Source: Azolla caroliniana (lineage: Eukaryota > Plantae > Polypodiophyta). Taken from it: a stretch of 43,194 bases of DNA. How positions within the stretch are numbered: position 1 is the stretch's first letter; every line of letters starts with the position of its first letter. Location: contig JBHGNT010000265.1 in the NCBI GenBank assembly GCA_043228905.1, positions 1 through 43,194 of the forward strand, given 5' to 3'. Made by a program: the position numbers and the translations under genes. The notes beneath the pieces are model-generated. The model was not told where the DNA came from. It did no database searches and saw only the letters and a program-made list of their open reading frames with translations. Positions 36,629 to 43,194 of this stretch are shown here, piece after piece.

Positions 36629-37550
36629 TTTTTTTTCTCTATAACTCTACATCTTACATATTGCACCCACCGATTGCCTACCGTCCGCACTCCTTGTTTC
36701 GACTTCACGGTCCAATTTAGAATATGTCATGCTTTCTATGGAGGCTAGAGTTAAAGATAAGGAAAAATAAGGGGGAGGATATAGTGAAAAATTATATGGA
36801 AAGGTTTGGGAAGGGGTAGAGTTAAAGATAAGGGAAAGTAAGGAGGAGGGTATAGTGAAAATATGGAAAAAAGTTAGGGGAGGGGTAGAGTTAAAGATAA
36901 GGAAAAGTAAGGGGGAGGGTATAGTGGAAATATCGAAAAGTTAGGGAAGGGGTAGAGTTGAAAATAGGTAAGGGTATGTTGAGAATTAGGTAAAGATAAA
37001 AGAGGGGTAAAGTTAATATAGAGAGAGACTATGGGGGAAGGATATCATGCAAGAGAAAGTGAGTGGGAGGGAGAGTGATGCAAGGTATATTGGTTACAAC
37101 GGAAGGGTAGAACATATGTTGAATACAAATGCCGGCTACAATGTAATCCCGTGCATTGGAAAGGAAAGGAAATACTAAGATTATGCAAAATGCCAACTAT
37201 TGAAAGTAGTCCATATGCACACATACTAAAAGAGACAAAAGGGAATGCATGGCTACCGAATGTAGTCCCATGCTTACAATGAAAAGATGTAAGGAAGTGA
37301 GAGATAATATGTTGAAGGCATGTTGGGATGCCGATGATGCCGTTGCAAATGCCTTCCACTTGAAATGAGGGAACTCGACACGAAGTGGATACTCGAAGGG
37401 CGTCGATCATATGCCATCGTGGGTTCACGTCTCTGTGGATTGGTCCTCCATAGAAATTACTACGAATTGTGAGTTCTAGACCGTGAGGTCAATACAAGGA
37501 GTGCGAACGGTATACAATCGGTGGGTGAATGTGAGATTAAGAGTGAGAAT

Positions 37551-37588
<38 letters not shown>

Positions 37589-37681
37589 CACAAAGAATTG
37601 TGAGTTCTAGACCGTGAGGTCAATACAAGGAGTGCGAACGGTATACAATTGGTGGGTGAATGTGAGATTAAGAGTGAGAAT

Positions 37682-37727
<46 letters not shown>

Positions 37728-37800
37728 TGTACAAAGTTTAGAGAGAGAGAAATAGACTAAAGACTAATTCATATTAAGAAACTTAAAAAGTAATACAAAG

Positions 37801-37862
37801 AAATGGTCGATGTGGCAAACTAGTTTCGCTCCTACGGAGCTCATCAGTGCACAAGACCATTT
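37801..37862 (-). ncRNA. type I hammerhead ribozyme, variant A
   Basis: Identical to 34666-34727. Confidence 0.95.
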
Positions 37863-37919
37863 AGAATTGGAGGGGTTTATATAGGGAAGATAAGGATGTG
37901 TGTGTGTGTGTGTGTGTGC

Positions 37920-37973
<54 letters not shown>

Positions 37974-38727
37974 TTGTGTGTGTGTGTGTGTTCAAATTTG
38001 ATGATGTAGGAGATATGGGGTTTGATATATTTGGTGTGGGATAGAAGATTTTTTGGGGTTATTTGAAAAACATGTAGGGGAGTGTGAGAGAGAAAGAGAG
38101 AGGAAGGGTAAGAGAGAAGTGTGTGAGGTGGGAGTTAGGGATGGTGAAGTACGTTAGAATGTATGGAGATCTTTGAAAAAAGGAGGGGGGTAGGAAGAAT
38201 TGGAGGGTATATTGGAAATTAAAGTGGAGGAGGAAAGGGTAGAGTGAGATTAAGAAAAATGAAAGGGGGAGGGGTACGAGAAATTTACTAAAAGAGGGAG
38301 GGGTATGAATGTAATTCTGGAAAAAAGGAAGGGGGAAAGGGGTAGATTGAAATTAGTGAACGAGACAGGGGTAGAGTAAATTGACAAAGTGGGAATGAAG
38401 TGAAAAGATCACCAAGAATGATTCAAGCGCACCCAAATCGTTTCATATACTTGGCGTGAGTTAGGGAAAGGTAGGGGTAAAGTTAGAGTGGCAATGAAAA
38501 AGTAAAGGGAGGGGTAGAAGATCAAATTAGGAAAAATAAGGGGGAGGTGATGGTTAGAAAAAATAAAATAAAATAAAATTTGGAAACAATAAAAGGTGAG
38601 GGGAGGGGTAGGATTAGAAAATAGGAAAAAGGAGAATGAGGGGAAGAGGCTAAAAATTAAGAGGTGAGGGGTAGAATTGGAAAATAGGAGAAACTGAATT
38701 AGGGGAGGATGCTAAAAGTTAAAATGT

Positions 38728-39123
38728 GAGGGGTAGAGTTAAAGATAAGGAAAAGTAAGGGGAGGGTATAGTGAAAATATTGAAAAGTTAGGGAAGGGGT
38801 AGAGTTAAAGATAAGGAAAAGTAAGGGGGAGGGTATAGTGAAAATATGGAAAAGTTAAGGAAGGGGTAGAGTTAAAGATAAGGAAAAGTAAGGGGGAGGG
38901 AGGGTATAGTGAAAATATTGAAAAGTTTGGGAAGGGGTAGAGTTAAAGATAAGGAAAAATAAGGGGGAGGATATAGTGAAAAATTATATGGAAAGGTTTG
39001 GGAAGGGGTAGAGTTAAAGATAAGGGAAAGTAAGGAGGAGGGTATAGTGAAAATATGGAAAAAAGTTAGGGGAGGGGTAGAGTTAAAGATAAGGAAAAGT
39101 AAGGGGGAGGGTATAGTGGAAAT
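38728..39123. repeat. ~67-bp purine-rich minisatellite, ~6 copies, within element A
   Basis: GGGGTAGAGTTAAAGATAAGGAAAAGTAAGGGGGAGGGTATAGTGAAAATA.. repeated. Confidence 0.9.
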
Positions 39124-41106
39124 CCTCTTCCTTCTTCTCCAAATCTTTCCCCCCCTTTCAATCACATCCATAAGCACAACCCCACTCCCTATTGTCATTT
39201 CTCTAAAGCCACTCCAAAAACTCCCTATATAAACCTATCCACCCCGAATGGTCATGGTAGCACTGATGAGCCCCGTAGGGGGCGAAACTAGTTTGCTCAT
39301 GACCATTACCCATCGTATTGTAATTTTTCCTTTTTCTTAATGAAAATTAGTCTCCTTCTTAATCTCTCCCTCTTTCTAATCTAGACTATTTAGCTTATGG
39401 TTATGTTTTACCTTGTTTCTAATTTTAATGTTAGTGATTAATCCCTCGTCTCTCTCTCTCTCTCTCTCTCTCTCTCCCCTTCCTCTATCTCTTATTATGC
39501 CTCACTTACACCAAGTTTGTCAAATGATTTGGGTGTGCTCAAATTATTCTTGGTGTTTCTTTTCACTTTATCCCCTCTTGCACTTAATCGTAAACCCTTT
39601 TACCCTCTAAACCCTAAGCCCAAAACAATCACTAAACCCTAATTCTTAAACCCTAACCCTAACTCTTAAACCCTAACCCTAACCCTACCCCTAAACCCTA
39701 ACCCTACCCCTAAACCTAACTCTTAAACCCTAACCCTAACCCTAAACCAAAACCAAAACTCAAACCCTAATTCCTAAACCCTAAACCTTTTTTTTCTCTA
39801 TAACTCTACATCTTACATATTGCACCCACCGATTGCCTACCGTCCGCACTCCTTGTTTCGACTTCACGGTCCAATTTAGAATATGTCATGCTTTCTATGG
39901 AGGCCCTTTCAATGGAGAATGGCACCCACGACGGTCGTGCATCGACACCCATCGAGCATCCGTTTCGTGACGAGTTCCCTCATAACACGTTGATTGGCAC
40001 TTGCGACGGCGACACCGGTTTTCTTCTTCCATCCCAACATGCAACACCGACACTCATTACTCGCCCCTTTTATCTCTTCTTTGTATTAATAGCACGGGAC
40101 TACACATGGTAGCCGTGTGTGCCCACCTCTCCCTCTTTAACTAATGCTCGGGACTACATGTTGTAGCCGGCTTATATGCACAATCCTTATCACTCCCCCT
40201 CTTCTCCTTGATTTCTACAAAATTGTAAAAATGCCCCTCGTCTGTTTAACGAATTGTCACTCTACCCCTCTCCCTTTTCATGTTTTCACTTAAAACCCCC
40301 CATTTCTCTCTTCTTTCTCTTTCTCTTTTAATTTTTGTTACTCTTTCTCTATCTCTACCCTTCCCATTTTCTTTTCCTATATTTTACTCGACCCTCTCTC
40401 ACCTCTATTCGTATACTCTACCCTTCCCCCTTTCATTTGAAATCACACTCTACCCCTCCATATACTTTTCTCAATTTCATTATACCCCTCCCTCTATTAT
40501 TTTGACATTTTTAATTCCTACCCTTCCTCTCCTCAAAATATTGGATAGCCCTCCCCTTCTTTTCTCCTAAATTTATTCTACCCCTCCATCTACTTTTCTC
40601 AATTTCATTATACCCCTCCCTCTATTACTTTGACATTTTTAATTCCTACCCTTCCTCTCCTCAAAATATTAGATACCCCTCCCCCTTCCTTTCTCCTAAA
40701 ATTCATTCTACCCCTCTACCCCTCCACCTACTTTTCTCAATTTCATTATACCCCTCCCTTTATTACTTTGGCATTTTTCCTACCCTTCCTCTCCTCAAAA
40801 TATTGGATACCCCTCCCCTTTTACTATTTTTTCCATACCCCTACCTCCTAGTTTCACTCATACCCCTATTTCCTCCTAGTTTCATTTATACCTCTCTCCT
40901 ACACTTTTATTAAACCTAATCTTTAGGTTATATTCACCCGTTGCCCCTCTCCTCGATTTCTATATATTTTAAACATTACCCCTCCCCTTAACCTTTCTTT
41001 TTAGTAGCTTTATGGCTCTGTGAAGAGTGCGAGTCGATATACCCTTTCTCTCTTCTCTAACTCCTACCTCTCTCTCTTTTCCTTTAGCTTTCTTATTTTT
41101 TATCCT

Positions 41107-41137
<31 letters not shown>

Positions 41138-41578
41138 ACGTTTCTCTTATCACAATATACCCTTTCATTTTCATATTCCTTTTTTAGTCTTCTACCCTCA
41201 TTGCTCTCTCACCTTTTTTTTGCTTACCTTACCCCTCCTCTTCCTTTTTTCTAAAACCTTAGCCTCCTCTTTGTAAGTCCCTTCGTTTTCTTTTTACTCT
41301 TTCTCCACCTTTCTATTTTTATATTTCTACCCTCACCCATGTTCTACTTTTCTTACCCTACCCCTCCCATCCTCTTCCTAAATCTATAGCCTTCACCTTT
41401 ATTTTCCCACACATGTCTCTCTCCCTTACCTCTCTCCTCTTTCCTTTCTCTCTCTTACTTTTTCTAGTTTACACACACATCTCTCTCCTCTCTCTCCCCT
41501 TTTGCTCTCTCTTAATTTTTTCACGTTTTCCCACTCTCTCTCCTCCTAGATCTACTCACTCCCCTTATGTCTACTCAT

Positions 41579-41612
<34 letters not shown>

Positions 41613-41740
41613 TCCCTTCTCATCATCTCACGTAAGCCTTGTTTCCCCCTCTCTCTTAATGCCCCTTATATTTCCTCACTTTTTACATTTTATATCCTAA
41701 ACTATCCCTTTTCTTCTTATCCCTCCTTTTACAATATAAC
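39120..41740 (+). mobile_element. hammerhead element B, segment 2 (nearly one full ~2.66-kb monomer)
   Basis: Order: TATA, hammerhead, (CT)n, telomere-like array, conserved motif, hairpins, pyrimidine-rich repeats, ending in sequence found upstream of the TATA in segment 1. Confidence 0.88.
39247..39307 (+). ncRNA. type I hammerhead ribozyme, variant B
   Basis: Identical to 36113-36173. Confidence 0.95.

Positions 41741-43194
<1,454 letters not shown>

Larger units (their letters stand above)
35387..36745 (+). mobile_element. hammerhead element B, segment 1
   Basis: 35387-35945 matches 41183-41740, and 35986-36745 matches 39120-39904. Confidence 0.85.
36746..39123 (-). mobile_element. hammerhead element A, segment 2 (one full ~2192-bp monomer plus ~185-bp terminal redundancy)
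   Basis: 36746-36931 repeats at 38938-39123. Confidence 0.88.

Noticed and set aside
36092-36720. Telomerase RNA gene (TATA followed by CCCUAAA template-like sequence)
   Set aside because: It is multi-copy and ribozyme-linked, has a long degenerate array rather than a ~1.5-repeat template, shows no properly spaced USE, and sister family A lacks the tract
36690-36720. Antisense GAC-CGUGAA-GUC-GAAAC resembling a second hammerhead half
   Set aside because: No CUGANGA precedes it, and family A has GGUCAAUAC at this position
37045-37428. 127-aa ORF repeated at 42011-42394, and the 74-aa ORF at 39888-40112, as proteins of the hammerhead elements
   Set aside because: Repetition only reflects recent duplication. 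The A frame homologous to the B ORF contains stops (MEDQSTET*THDGI*STPF), so conservation is at the nucleotide/structure level.
39591-39787. True chromosome telomere
   Set aside because: Short, degenerate, internal to element B and duplicated with it

Overview
Land-plant (TTTAGGG-type) intergenic heterochromatin with no intact host gene. Bases 1-34.3 kb are a nest of mostly decayed retrotransposons: three minus-strand Ty1/copia elements (one with an open 1030-aa pol), a Ty3/gypsy element apparently split by ~25 kb of insertions, a complete pol-less LTR element with a tRNA-Trp-type PBS, solo LTRs, a hAT-type MITE and an alpha-tubulin pseudogene fragment. The notable part is 34.33 kb to the window end, an array of two related non-coding elements, A (~2.19 kb monomer, minus strand) and B (~2.66 kb monomer, plus strand), alternating as A-/B+/A-/B+/A-. 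Each carries a TATA box directly upstream of a type I hammerhead ribozyme with a minimal palindromic stem III (5 ribozymes in total). A and B also share a ~55-nt motif and covarying bulged hairpins. Both are circularly permuted, and one junction contains added TTTAGGG repeats. This resembles a non-autonomous, telomere-associated, Penelope-like or retrozyme-like retroelement system. All alignments and folds were done by eye and coordinates may be off by a few bases.
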